Assembly (NCBI GenBank): GCA_963804165.1 | Contig: CAWDPO010000023.1 | Span: 1-64,000, forward strand | DNA: 64,000 nucleotides | Origin: an uncultured delta proteobacterium | Lineage (GTDB): Bacteria; Desulfobacterota; Binatia; UBA9968 | Direction: 5' to 3' | Shown: piece by piece, positions 31,198 through 41,052 of the stretch | Numbering within the stretch: the first letter of the stretch is position 1 | How the letters are laid out: each line of letters starts with the position of its first letter | The notes under the pieces: generated by a model | Database searches by the model: none | Seen by the model: only the letters and a program-made list of their open reading frames with translations | Told to the model about the DNA's origin: nothing | Translations under genes and position numbers: made by a program

Positions 31198-31896
31198 TCA
31201 CGCCCCTGGAAGATTTTTGCCAAACAAGATGCGGGCGTAAGTTCTCAAGGCGTGCCCAACGACACGCCATCGTAAAGAAGAATTTGAGTGCCGGTAAACG
31301 ATCGGAACTTCGGTGATGTTAAGCCCCGCGGCGTGGATGTTAGCGAGGGCTTCGAGGTGAAAATCAAAGGATCGGCTCTGCATATTACTCTCCAGGAGAA
31401 ACTTGAACGCGTTGCGCGAGTACATGCGATAACCGGACGTAACGTCTTTTAAGTGGCGCCACTTCCACGGCCGTTTCTTTGTGTTCAGGGCGAAATTGAC
31501 GAGAACATTGCCACCCCAACTGAGTACTTTGCGGTAAAAGGGAACGTTCACCTTTTTTTCACGATAACCGATCACCAGGTCAGCATGGGAATGCTCCTGA
31601 AAACGGGGCATGGACTCTGGGTCATGGCTCATTCCAGCGTCGAGGGTGATGCAAAAGTCATAACCTTTTTCCAATGCATAGCGCATTCCGTCAAGGATGG
31701 CTCCTGGAATGTGCGTGTTCCGCGCGTGCCGGATATAATGCACCCCAGAAATCCCAGGAACGATCTGACCGGTTCGATCGGTGCTGGCGTCGTCGACGAC
31801 ACAGACGTCCGCGTGTCGTTGGCTCAGCCGAACGACCTGTTCAATCGACGCCTCTTCATTATAGGCAGGGATTACCGCTATATATCGATGCGCCAT
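31198..31896 (-). CDS. DPM1-like polyprenol-phosphate glycosyltransferase (GT2)
   Basis: VIPAYNEE, VVDDASTD, TLDAGMSHDP, KDVTSGYRMY and EVPI. Confidence 0.85.
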   Translation of the reverse strand: MAHRYIAVIPAYNEEASIEQVVRLSQRHADVCVVDDASTDRTGQIVPGISGVHYIRHARNTHIPGAILDGMRYALEKGYDFCITLDAGMSHDPESMPRFQEHSHADLVIGYREKKVNVPFYRKVLSWGGNVLVNFALNTKKRPWKWRHLKDVTSGYRMYSRNAFKFLLESNMQSRSFDFHLEALANIHAAGLNITEVPIVYRHSNSSLRWRVVGHALRTYARILFGKNLPGA

Positions 31897-31914
31897 AGTC
31901 GCTTCACTCGAACG

Positions 31915-32709
31915 CTATTCAGCAACGTGGTCCTCGGCCCAGGCTAAAACCGTTTGGTAAGTGCTTTCCGCTTTCTCAATGTCCGACGGGGTGTTGATGT
32001 TGATGTAATCGCTACCAATCCTGAACGATTTAACCACATGACCATCGTCAATGGCACACTGAATCAAATCGGGGAGCTCCTTTTCGCCACGGTTCTGGTT
32101 GATCGGCGTTAGGTCCAAATATTCAAAAATTCCGGCGCGGAAAAGGCAGTTACCAGTCCCGCGCATATTGTTGGGGGGATTACGTGGCTTCTCGATCAGA
32201 CGGTAAATCCGTTGTTCTTTATCATCCTGGATTATCGCGTAGGTCTTGCGGATCTCGTTGGTATCGGGCTCATGGACTACGCCACAGCTAACAAAAAGGT
32301 CCTCAGAATAGAACTGGTCGATCATCTCTTGATGGCGCGGACTACGTAAGATTTCGTCGGCCAAGAACAACATGAAATCCGAATCCCCAATCGCGTCCCG
32401 AGCACATTCGATGGCATGAACCAATCCTTTCGCGTCGTGCTGAATAACGTATTTGATTCGTACGTTTTGGAAGCGATTACCAAAGCCGTTGATAATCTCC
32501 TCGGCTCGGTAGCCCACCACCATCACGATCGCGGAGACCCCTGCACGTACGGCATTTTCCAAACTATACTGCACTAAAGGCTTACCGAAGAGTTGCAGCA
32601 TGCATTTATTGTGATTATTGGAACTTCCGCTCAGCCTTTTGCCGCTGCCCCCAGCAAGGATCAAAGCCTTCATACGGTTTCTCCCAAAAGTACGATCACT
32701 GCCGTGCAA
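31915..32709 (-). CDS. Sugar-phosphate nucleotidyltransferase (RmlA-like)
   Basis: MKALILAGGSGKRL, LIEKP and RGEKELPD. Confidence 0.85.
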   Translation of the reverse strand: MHGSDRTFGRNRMKALILAGGSGKRLSGSSNNHNKCMLQLFGKPLVQYSLENAVRAGVSAIVMVVGYRAEEIINGFGNRFQNVRIKYVIQHDAKGLVHAIECARDAIGDSDFMLFLADEILRSPRHQEMIDQFYSEDLFVSCGVVHEPDTNEIRKTYAIIQDDKEQRIYRLIEKPRNPPNNMRGTGNCLFRAGIFEYLDLTPINQNRGEKELPDLIQCAIDDGHVVKSFRIGSDYININTPSDIEKAESTYQTVLAWAEDHVAE

Positions 32710-32712
32710 ACA

Positions 32713-33741
32713 TTAAGCGTGAAAAAGCGCAAGGTTGTCTCGGATCCATTGGATCAGAAGAGAGACCCCCTCCTGGGGCGGCACTTCGGCCTGCCATCCT
32801 AATCCGTCCTGCGCCTTTTTCGTGTCACAGACAAAATAATTCAAATCGCCCAACCGGGCCGCGGCGAACTTTACATCAGAGGCGATTCCCGTAATGTCTT
32901 CGATCAGCCGAATACATTCGAGCAATGAAATAGCGTGCATCGGACCGCCGCCGATGTTGTAACTGCCGGCCTCGCCCTGGCGATAGAAGGCAAAGAAGGC
33001 CCTAGCAACATCTGTTGCATAAACAATATCGCGAACCTGTTTGCCCGAGCCATAAATCATCAACGGTCGGCGCAAGAGATTTCTTATGCTAAAATTTGCG
33101 ACCCATCCATGGTCTTCCCCACCGAATTGTCGCGGTCCATAAAGCCCGCTGAGCCGAAAACTGGCAGCTCTCAGATTATAGGTGTCCGCATAGATTTTAA
33201 CGTAATTTTCTGCCGACGCTTTGGATGCATGAAGCGGCGTCAAGCGGCCCCGCATTGTGGGGGCGTTCTCATCCACCGACGGAGGATTTCGGACATACCG
33301 TGTATCGGTTTCCCGAAGAGAACTGTTAATCCAATTTCCATAGACATGAATCGTGGCGCAGCTCACAACCGGGATCGAATGCTTTCTGGCCGCCTCGAGG
33401 ACATGCACCGTTCCCAAAACATTAGTCTTTAAATCAAACAACGGCTCCTCGATGCTAATAGTGACCGCCGGCTGTGCAGCGGTATGAACGATAAAGTCGC
33501 ACCCTGAGGAACAATCCAGAATCTGCTCCAGGTCACGGATGTCGCCAATCACCCTTTCCACGCCCAGCTCGCCGAGCCAATTCCAATTGTAATCCCGCGC
33601 GGCGTCCGCACGATAACCCGTCCGGTCCAGTTCGAACTTCGTCATGTTGTCGTAGGCGATAACGGCCCAACCTTGCCGGCAAAAAAACTCGCACGCGTGA
33701 ACGCCAATAAAACCACATCCGCCCGTAACCAGAACTTTCAT
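32713..33741 (-). CDS. NAD-dependent epimerase/dehydratase (CDP-paratose 2-epimerase-like)
   Basis: TGGCGFIG, HTAAQPAVT and YGPRQFGGEDHGWVA...YGSGKQVRD. The YxxxK motif appears as HASK. Confidence 0.8.
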   Translation of the reverse strand: MKVLVTGGCGFIGVHACEFFCRQGWAVIAYDNMTKFELDRTGYRADAARDYNWNWLGELGVERVIGDIRDLEQILDCSSGCDFIVHTAAQPAVTISIEEPLFDLKTNVLGTVHVLEAARKHSIPVVSCATIHVYGNWINSSLRETDTRYVRNPPSVDENAPTMRGRLTPLHASKASAENYVKIYADTYNLRAASFRLSGLYGPRQFGGEDHGWVANFSIRNLLRRPLMIYGSGKQVRDIVYATDVARAFFAFYRQGEAGSYNIGGGPMHAISLLECIRLIEDITGIASDVKFAAARLGDLNYFVCDTKKAQDGLGWQAEVPPQEGVSLLIQWIRDNLALFHA

Positions 33742-34029
33742 TCTAACCCCTTACAATCATCGTCAGCTTCTTTCACTTTCAAAATCGAATCCTTTCTTTT
33801 GAAAAACGAAAATAACGAAAAACCCCTGTGTCGCTTAGCTGGCAACAAACGAGTTCATCGGTGTCATGAAATCGCGGCTCAGCCCACAGCTCGTGCTCTG
33901 ATTTGCGCACCAGTTTCTTAGCCATCCGTTCTTTATCTACAGGATAGGGCAGCACGGCAACGTTGCCCATGAGAATGTAATCGGGTGATCGGGAGAGAAC
34001 GTACTTACCATCGCCTTTTCATGACCAGC

Positions 34030-34100
34030 CCGACCTGGGTTGGCGGTAAACTCGGGACCATCATGGGAACGGATGTAATCCGGCGTCCCCCATGGATAAA
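34030..34100 (-). mobile_element. IS3-family integrase core relic
   Basis: WGTPDYIRSHDGPEFTA resembles the rve motif GxPxxIRSDNGPEF. Confidence 0.5.
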
Positions 34101-34212
34101 TAGATCGGTCAGACAGGTCAATACCTCTTCCGAAGTCAGAAGCCGTGCTACCTCGGAGGTCAGGCAATCTCGACTGTACAAAAGCCAGCCCAGATATCCA
34201 AAGCTTTACCTT

Positions 34213-34303
34213 TTGCGCGACGTGAAACCAGGTCACCCCTGGAGTCTTAGACCCCCCGGTCATCGGGAGTTCCAGCCAGGCTCGCCATTAATTCCCGCGG
34301 AGG
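34213..34303. repeat. ~90-bp dispersed repeat, intact copy; halves recur at 37480-37507 and 38381-38445
   Basis: ttgcgcgacgtgaaaccaggtcacccct is identical at 37480. cctggagtcttaga...ggagg is near-identical at 38381. Confidence 0.85.
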
Positions 34304-37280
34304 CGATGTGGTATCCGCACCTTCTCTTTGACGATACTTCCAAAACAGTATGAGTGCGGCAAGCCACAAAGCCAGACCTCCGAAGGCGAGCCACAAGTAG
34401 CCGGTCAAGTGGGCTGGCCAGTAGCGAAAGGTGACTCGATATTTGCCCGGCCCATCGACAAGCACTGCTTTGAAGGCGTGATTTGCCGTCAGGTAAGGCA
34501 CTCGCTTACCGTTCATCGTGACTATAAAATCACCCGGTTCGTCTGTCTCTCCGAGATATACTACTCCCGGCCGCGGGAGCGTCGATCGTAAAGCCTGTTG
34601 AGTTATTCGTGAGAGAGTAGTCCCTCGCTTTCACTAAAGTGGCCGATTCCCCTGCGGGCTTGTCAACCAATTGCCGCAACCCCGCGTTAGTGTCGGCACT
34701 CCGCCGTGTTACCGCTACGAAAGGCTGTCCATCACCAGTTGAAATACGTTCTGCCAGTGACTGAACGTTGTCGTACAAAATGATCCGATCCGTGTAGAAC
34801 GCACGCGGCCACGCACTGCGGCGGGAATAGGCGTACACCGAACCGTCGTCATCGACGTATGTTGCACTGGTCGCTTCCCCTATCTTGGCAGACGACAAGA
34901 CGAAGCCGACACCCAAAACATCCAGCGCATTTTTATATGTCGCCAGGTCATGCCAATTTAAAACTATTTTCCAATTTGACTCATCATAAGGCAGCTTAAG
35001 CGCGCCGGTAAGCTCCCGGTAGGGCTTATTCCACATCCCATCGGGACCACTTATGTTTTCAAGGCCTAACGTTGCGTTGTATCCAGGAAAAAGAACGTTT
35101 CCTAAACCGACTATCCTCGTCGGTTCCTCGCGCAGTTTGGGTGTTAGCCTAACAACGAGTTCCGGTCGATACGTGAGGCTTATCCTCTCATGAGGATTGA
35201 ATACGAATCTATCCAGGCTATCGGTGTACATAGCGCCTCGTCCAAGCACCAACAGTATCGCTATCAGGCAGACGCCGATTCCCGCAAACGAGAGCTTCCC
35301 GTTAAGCAGCGAGATAATCAATCAAGCCGCGCACACCGCAGCCGGTAGCACTGCCAGCGAATATATAGTGAATTGCTTTAGCCTTAAGCCATCACTCTGA
35401 GCAAACGACAGCACAAAAAGAAAGACCAACGCCATCAACACCGAAACAACAATGGGATTGACACGGTTTTTTCGCTGCAGATCGATGCTGGCAAACCCAA
35501 TCCCGGCGAGGATGGAGACCGGAACGACTAGAATTGACGAAAATATGGTGTCCACGGAACGGATATTATTAACGTATGGAATAGCCAGTAACCACTTTGC
35601 TGGAGATCACGCCAAAGGCAATGGCGATTAGCATTCCGCATCCCAAGGTCAGCACGACCGCCGACCGCCGCGCTTTTGGACTTTCCAGGCGTGGGGTGCA
35701 AACAATGCCGTGCAAGAAGCCCACGAACAATAACGCATTCACCGCCGGGGAATAACTATCGGAATAACCATCGGTTCTTAGCAGGTAAAAGAAATTGTCG
35801 GCGAAACCAAGAAAAAACCAAAACGGGTACTGCCGTACGCCCGGGGAATCATAGTTAGAGATTCCGCTCCTCAGAGTATCTAAAAACGTACCCCACAGCG
35901 GAGCCGCGATCATCAAGAAACAAACACCACTCATGGCCAACAACCCCGACCAAGTTTTAAACTTTCCGCCGAAGCGTGATTTTTCTAGCATGAAATGGAG
36001 TATGCCAATCGCATTCAAAACAGCGATAGACATATAGGCATCTTTCGCCGTACCGCTGTTGATCACCAACCAGTTCGCCAGCATCAAGCCCGCAACCCAT
36101 CGCAGCCGAGACCTCTCGTCCTCGGCATAAATCACTTTCAGCCACGCCAATAAAATTAGCGGCGCATAGCAGAGTGTGAAAATCGTGGATGGTTGACCTG
36201 ATAAATAAAATAACCGATGAATGGAGCAATGATTGCCACCATCGCTGAAGGCGCGATGGCGCATGTGATCACTAAGACCGCTAGCCCTAACGCCAGTGCA
36301 AAAATGAACCGCAACAGCACAAACTTGATATCGAAGGTGCAAGCCTCGACTCCGACGAGCCACACCATCCAATTTAGCGGATCGCCCAACATCATCTGGC
36401 CCTGCCCAATCATCGTGGTACCCGCGGAGTTGTAGCGATTCCACAGCGGGAACTCGCCGAATTGCTTGATCGCCCGCTCCTGGGCAACCGTCAGCGGAAA
36501 GTGCTGCCACGCCATGGCTCCGGTATCTGCACCGTAAGTATCCTCCGTAGTGCTATCTGAGTAATTAGGCAGTGTTGGGTAGCGATCGTAAAAGAGCAGT
36601 CCTCCGGTATTCGGCGACATGAAAGACTTGCCTTGGAATACCACCGGGCTCGTGCTTACCAGCGTTCCGGTGATCGCCGCTAACCAGATGACCGCCGTCG
36701 GTTTTCGACACAATGCTAGGAAAATGGTGTTACTTTTAAGAGACCGAGGAGCGTAATAGAGGACAAGGACGACCGCCGTCCAGAACAACGTCCATCCGGC
36801 CAGTGAGAACGCGATTCCCCATCCCCGGCTTTGGCGTAGATCGATGGTGCTTTCGAGAGGAATCTCCAGAATCGGATCGTTCGCCCCCGGAGGCGTTTGT
36901 ATTTCCAATTCTCCATTGTGCACTATCATCGAAAGAATTTGATTCGCTGGCCGAATTTTAGCGGGAGGGATTACTAGGCGGACCGTTCCCTCTGCATCCA
37001 CGACTCGGAGATTACGTATCCCGAACGTTCCGGCGGTCTCGGCCGGATCCAATCGTAGCTTGCGGATTCGTGCCTTCGGGAGATCCAGCCGTATCTCCCT
37101 CCACGAGCTCTGTCTCGGTACAAATTGGCGACTGGAATCCTTAAATCCAGTCCTGACATCGAAAAACAGTTGTACAAAGGTGGGAGTATCCGATTGGTAA
37201 TCGAAAAGGAGCGCAGGGGCCGTCTTTGCATCGCGGTCAAACACCACAAATGTCATTCCCGCAAGCAAAAAGATCGTCAT
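34247..37280 (-). pseudogene. YfhO-like (GT-C) large membrane protein broken into five ORFs
   Basis: GEFPLWNRYNSAGTTMIGQ, WPRAFY and ANHAFKAVLVDGPGKYRVTFRYWP, across fragments 36156-37280, 35569-36510, 35322-35555, 34530-35321 and 34247-34516. Confidence 0.75.
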
Positions 37281-37605
37281 CGCGCTGCCGGCGATGCTTA
37301 GAAATCGCTTTGCGGATCTCTTTCATTGGTAAACGTATGGCCCAGCACTGGTTGTCTCCCCCGCGACGACTTGGGGGAAGATTACGACGCAGTTTTTCCT
37401 ATGCATGGGATCGACTTCGTGGATCGCCCCCATGGCTTTAGCGACGAATTCAACCCGCAACGCGGACCGGTCTGTCAGCTTGCGCGACGTGAAACCAGGT
37501 CACCCCTTGATCATTCTATATGCGCGGGAATAACCATAGGCCTCTTGCTCGACTCCTGGGATCGCGGTGCTGTCGATATTTCGTTTCAGCGTTCCCAACG
37601 CAAGG

Positions 37606-39741
37606 TCAGCGCAACTTGCTAGACCAAACTTCATCTTGCCAATGCGGAACGAGTCCTTTTCGACCCCACTCACCATGCACAATTCTCTCAATAGTAAGAC
37701 CGTGCTTACCATAGAGGTCCCGCAGAAACCTCTCGTCGTACGCGATCGCCGCTTCGGGAACATGCAGATTGTCAACACGGCAGGTCTGAGGGTTCAACTC
37801 GTAAGCAAATTTCGGCGAAGTTAAGCCGGCCGCGATATTCTCACGCGACACTGCGTCCAATACAAAATAGGTGGCCAAGCAAACCCCACCGACCTTCAGG
37901 ACGCGGGCTATTTCTGCGATGTAGTTCTCCATGTCTTCCGGAACCATGTGAGTGAAAACAGAACCGACGAAGACGACATCAAACTCATTATTCGGAAATG
38001 GGAAGTTATAGTCCGATGCGTTAACTGCGCCTCCCGGATTGTATCTTTCGCTCCGGAGATCCGCAAAATGGAAGCGAAAATTCGCATACTTCTGATATCT
38101 CTCTTTGCACCAATTAATCACGTCCCTAGTAATGTCAATGCCGTCGTAACCCCCTTCGCTGTTCAGATACATGGTCAACGGCCTTGCCAGCTTGCCGCAA
38201 CCGCATCCTAGGTCCAAGATGCGATGCGACGGCAATATCAGGCTCTGTTGAAGGATCTCGTCTCCCATAGAGATAAACCGCTCTCTATCGATGCCTCCCG
38301 AGTGCTCCCTGATGAGTTCGTCCGGAGGGATTAACCCCAGGTGATTGACATTTATTTCAACCCTCGCCAAGCTTGTTCCTCCTGGAGTCTTAGATCCCCG
38401 GTCATCGCGAGTTCCAGCCAGGCTCGCCATTAATTCCCTCGGAGGACTTGGAACGGAACGAGATAAATTGCTCACGTTTGCAACCGCTTGCCGATACGAA
38501 CCGCGATCATTGCAGAGACTTCGATAGGCACGCTCATAGGCATAAGCTTCTTGTTCAACCCCCGGAATTATCATGCTACTAATATTGCGTTTCAGCGGAT
38601 TTAGTACCGTAGGATCATTTACAATAGCTTCGAGCACGGTTTGGAGGTGGCGCGAGTCTCCCATCTTGAAGAGAAAGCCATTAAAACCATCTTTAATTTT
38701 TTCCGCCATGCCGCCCAACTCTGTGGCGATAACGGGGATGTTACACGCTAGCGCCTCGTGTAAAGTCATGGGATAATTTTCGTAGCAGAGTGAAGGGACA
38801 ACGACAACATCGACATTACTGAGAACTTCGCCTGTCTGACTTTCCGGAAATACGCCGCAGAATTCAATGTTACTGTTTGTCGCTGCCATCGATATTAAGC
38901 TTTTAACATAGGACTCGTCCGGACCAGAGCCATAGATTTTGAGCAGAGCGTTACTGGGGTTTAATCGCTTGAAAGCCTCTATAATTACGTGTGTCCCCTT
39001 ATGAGGATTAAAGGAACCGGCGTAACCAAAGACTATGCGATCACCGTTTGCATAGGTCCTCTGATTCCTCTTCAACCTCTCAAAACTAAGACCGTGATGG
39101 ACGACTTTCACCGCCAGTCCGGGGAACTCCTGCATAAATGCGCCTGCCACAAACGCCGACGGAGCAATCAGCATCCGTGCGTTGGATAAAATGTTTTTTG
39201 CAGACGCGAGCCGTTGGTGGATGTAGTCGGATTTCAATTCAGGACAGAGTTTGCCGCAAGCGTCGCCCTGTTCGGGGCCGCTACATAGAGGCTGCCGGGA
39301 TGGGACGAGGTTCACTTTCGGGCAGGCCAAGAAAAAATCGGTGAGGGTTAAGATGTAAGGTATACCTAGGGGCTTTAACGCCTGGGCTAAAGCACCCACG
39401 CGCATAGTATGTGCTATATGAACAATGTCCGGTTGTTCCACATTGATCAGATCGTCGGCAATCTTAGCTAGGGCCGTGTTTCCTATTGCGTGATGGAGGT
39501 CATGGGGAAGCTGTTTGTGCTTGATGGCCAATACGGGTATCCCCTTATAAAGAAACTCTTTGCATAGTATTCCACCACGCCGCTGATCATAAAAAGAGTC
39601 CTCATAGAAACTGTAGGTGATAACTTTTACCCGGTTCCCCGCCTTTTGCATCATAGTTGATAGATTCAGGACGAACTTCTCCGTTCCGGTATAAAATTCA
39701 GGGTAGAATTGGTGGACGAGGTAAACGATCTTCATCCTCAT
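37606..39741 (-). CDS. GT4 glycosyltransferase fused to a SAM methyltransferase
   Basis: MKIVYLVHQFYP...GTE and ENYPMTLHEALACNIPVI; C-terminal ILDLGCGCGKLA and SVFTHM. Confidence 0.88.
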   Translation of the reverse strand: MRMKIVYLVHQFYPEFYTGTEKFVLNLSTMMQKAGNRVKVITYSFYEDSFYDQRRGGILCKEFLYKGIPVLAIKHKQLPHDLHHAIGNTALAKIADDLINVEQPDIVHIAHTMRVGALAQALKPLGIPYILTLTDFFLACPKVNLVPSRQPLCSGPEQGDACGKLCPELKSDYIHQRLASAKNILSNARMLIAPSAFVAGAFMQEFPGLAVKVVHHGLSFERLKRNQRTYANGDRIVFGYAGSFNPHKGTHVIIEAFKRLNPSNALLKIYGSGPDESYVKSLISMAATNSNIEFCGVFPESQTGEVLSNVDVVVVPSLCYENYPMTLHEALACNIPVIATELGGMAEKIKDGFNGFLFKMGDSRHLQTVLEAIVNDPTVLNPLKRNISSMIIPGVEQEAYAYERAYRSLCNDRGSYRQAVANVSNLSRSVPSPPRELMASLAGTRDDRGSKTPGGTSLARVEINVNHLGLIPPDELIREHSGGIDRERFISMGDEILQQSLILPSHRILDLGCGCGKLARPLTMYLNSEGGYDGIDITRDVINWCKERYQKYANFRFHFADLRSERYNPGGAVNASDYNFPFPNNEFDVVFVGSVFTHMVPEDMENYIAEIARVLKVGGVCLATYFVLDAVSRENIAAGLTSPKFAYELNPQTCRVDNLHVPEAAIAYDERFLRDLYGKHGLTIERIVHGEWGRKGLVPHWQDEVWSSKLR

Positions 39742-41012
39742 ACACCTCTGCTCAACTCACCATGAATCTGTTCCAGCTTCCGCCTATCTCCGTCGTCGTT
39801 CCTTAGCCTGCATTGCGCCAACTTTGTGCCACATTGGTACGCAAACGTTTTATACAGAGACAGTCTAAAATCTGCCGCGATATGGTCATCCACGAGCTCA
39901 TACGAGTTTTCCATATATGCCAAGATCATCTTAGTAAAGTTCTGCACTGCTTCGCTCAGATCTCCATCACCGGGTCGCGCATCGCTGCTGGCCACGGGAT
40001 AGTCCTTAATTAAACGACCAAGGAAATCCTGGAATTCAATGTCTAAGAGATGGCCGTCAACCATTTGCGTCGAAATCAGAGACGGAGCCTTGGATGCGGC
40101 TTGGAATCTCTCTATGATCCTATTCGAAAACTCATTCGTCTTACACGGGAATTGGAGATCCCAGGTTCTTTCCTCGACCATTGATTTTATAACTTGATGA
40201 GTGAAGACAACATCAGGGATAACTCGCTCAAGGCTGTTTCCTACCGTCGGGTAATCCGAGAAGATTCGTGGTAAAAACACGTTCTCCACATATCCTCTCT
40301 TAAGATAATAATAGGCTCGCCTATTGTGAGAATGAATTATTCTCGTTGAACCCAGAAAGGCAATTTGGTATCCATCTTTTATAAGCCGAAGACCAAGATC
40401 CAAGTCCTCGCCATAATCGGTCTTGTATTTATAGTTAGTAAAAACGTCTTTCGATATAAGGCACGCGAGATCGGATAGTTGGCCGTTTTTTCTGAGCGTC
40501 ATGTGGTCTTCGCTGCCTGCATACCGCATTATCCTGTCTTCCCTGTCAACCTCAAGAAATCTGTAGTGATTCCATGTAATGGCTCTGTAAAACAGATCAG
40601 CGCTCTCCCACGGGAATTCGGCACACGACACCGCGACAACGTCGTTGCTTTTGATCACCCGGAAGAGCTCATAAAGCCATGAATCCGATGGAGGAAGGGC
40701 GTCTTGCACTGTGAACAGCAGGTATTCTCCTGAGGCATAGCTGGCGCCAAGATTCCTAGCATATGAATGAGAGAATTCCTCCGGCAGAATCTTTATGATT
40801 TTCGCTCCAAATTGTTCTGCGAGTTCGACTGTTTTGTCCGTACTACCGGAGTCGACGACAATAGTTTCTACCCTTCGGAATCCTTTTTGGTTTGCAATCG
40901 TTGCGAGAACTCGTCGAAAATCTTCACCGCCATTCTTTGTCGGAATCACAACTGAAACTGTCACTTCTTCTTTGGGGACATCGTCTCCTTCTATGACTGG
41001 TTTTATTACCAT
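39738..41012 (-). CDS. GT2 glycosyltransferase, probably the C-terminal part of 41053..42426
   Basis: VSVVIPTKNG, VVDSGSTD, FSHSYARN and TVQDALP. The frame stays open upstream into the previous ORF. Confidence 0.85.
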   Translation of the reverse strand: MVIKPVIEGDDVPKEEVTVSVVIPTKNGGEDFRRVLATIANQKGFRRVETIVVDSGSTDKTVELAEQFGAKIIKILPEEFSHSYARNLGASYASGEYLLFTVQDALPPSDSWLYELFRVIKSNDVVAVSCAEFPWESADLFYRAITWNHYRFLEVDREDRIMRYAGSEDHMTLRKNGQLSDLACLISKDVFTNYKYKTDYGEDLDLGLRLIKDGYQIAFLGSTRIIHSHNRRAYYYLKRGYVENVFLPRIFSDYPTVGNSLERVIPDVVFTHQVIKSMVEERTWDLQFPCKTNEFSNRIIERFQAASKAPSLISTQMVDGHLLDIEFQDFLGRLIKDYPVASSDARPGDGDLSEAVQNFTKMILAYMENSYELVDDHIAADFRLSLYKTFAYQCGTKLAQCRLRNDDGDRRKLEQIHGELSRGV

Positions 41013-41052
41013 CGGCTCGACACTTAACGTCCTAAGGCTTTGAACCGCCCGG

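Noticed and set aside
29096-31275. Long ORFs 29221..31275 (+) and 29096..30838 (-)
   Set aside because: They are shadow frames of the high-GC membrane gene 29227..31131: R/G/P/A-rich with no motifs.
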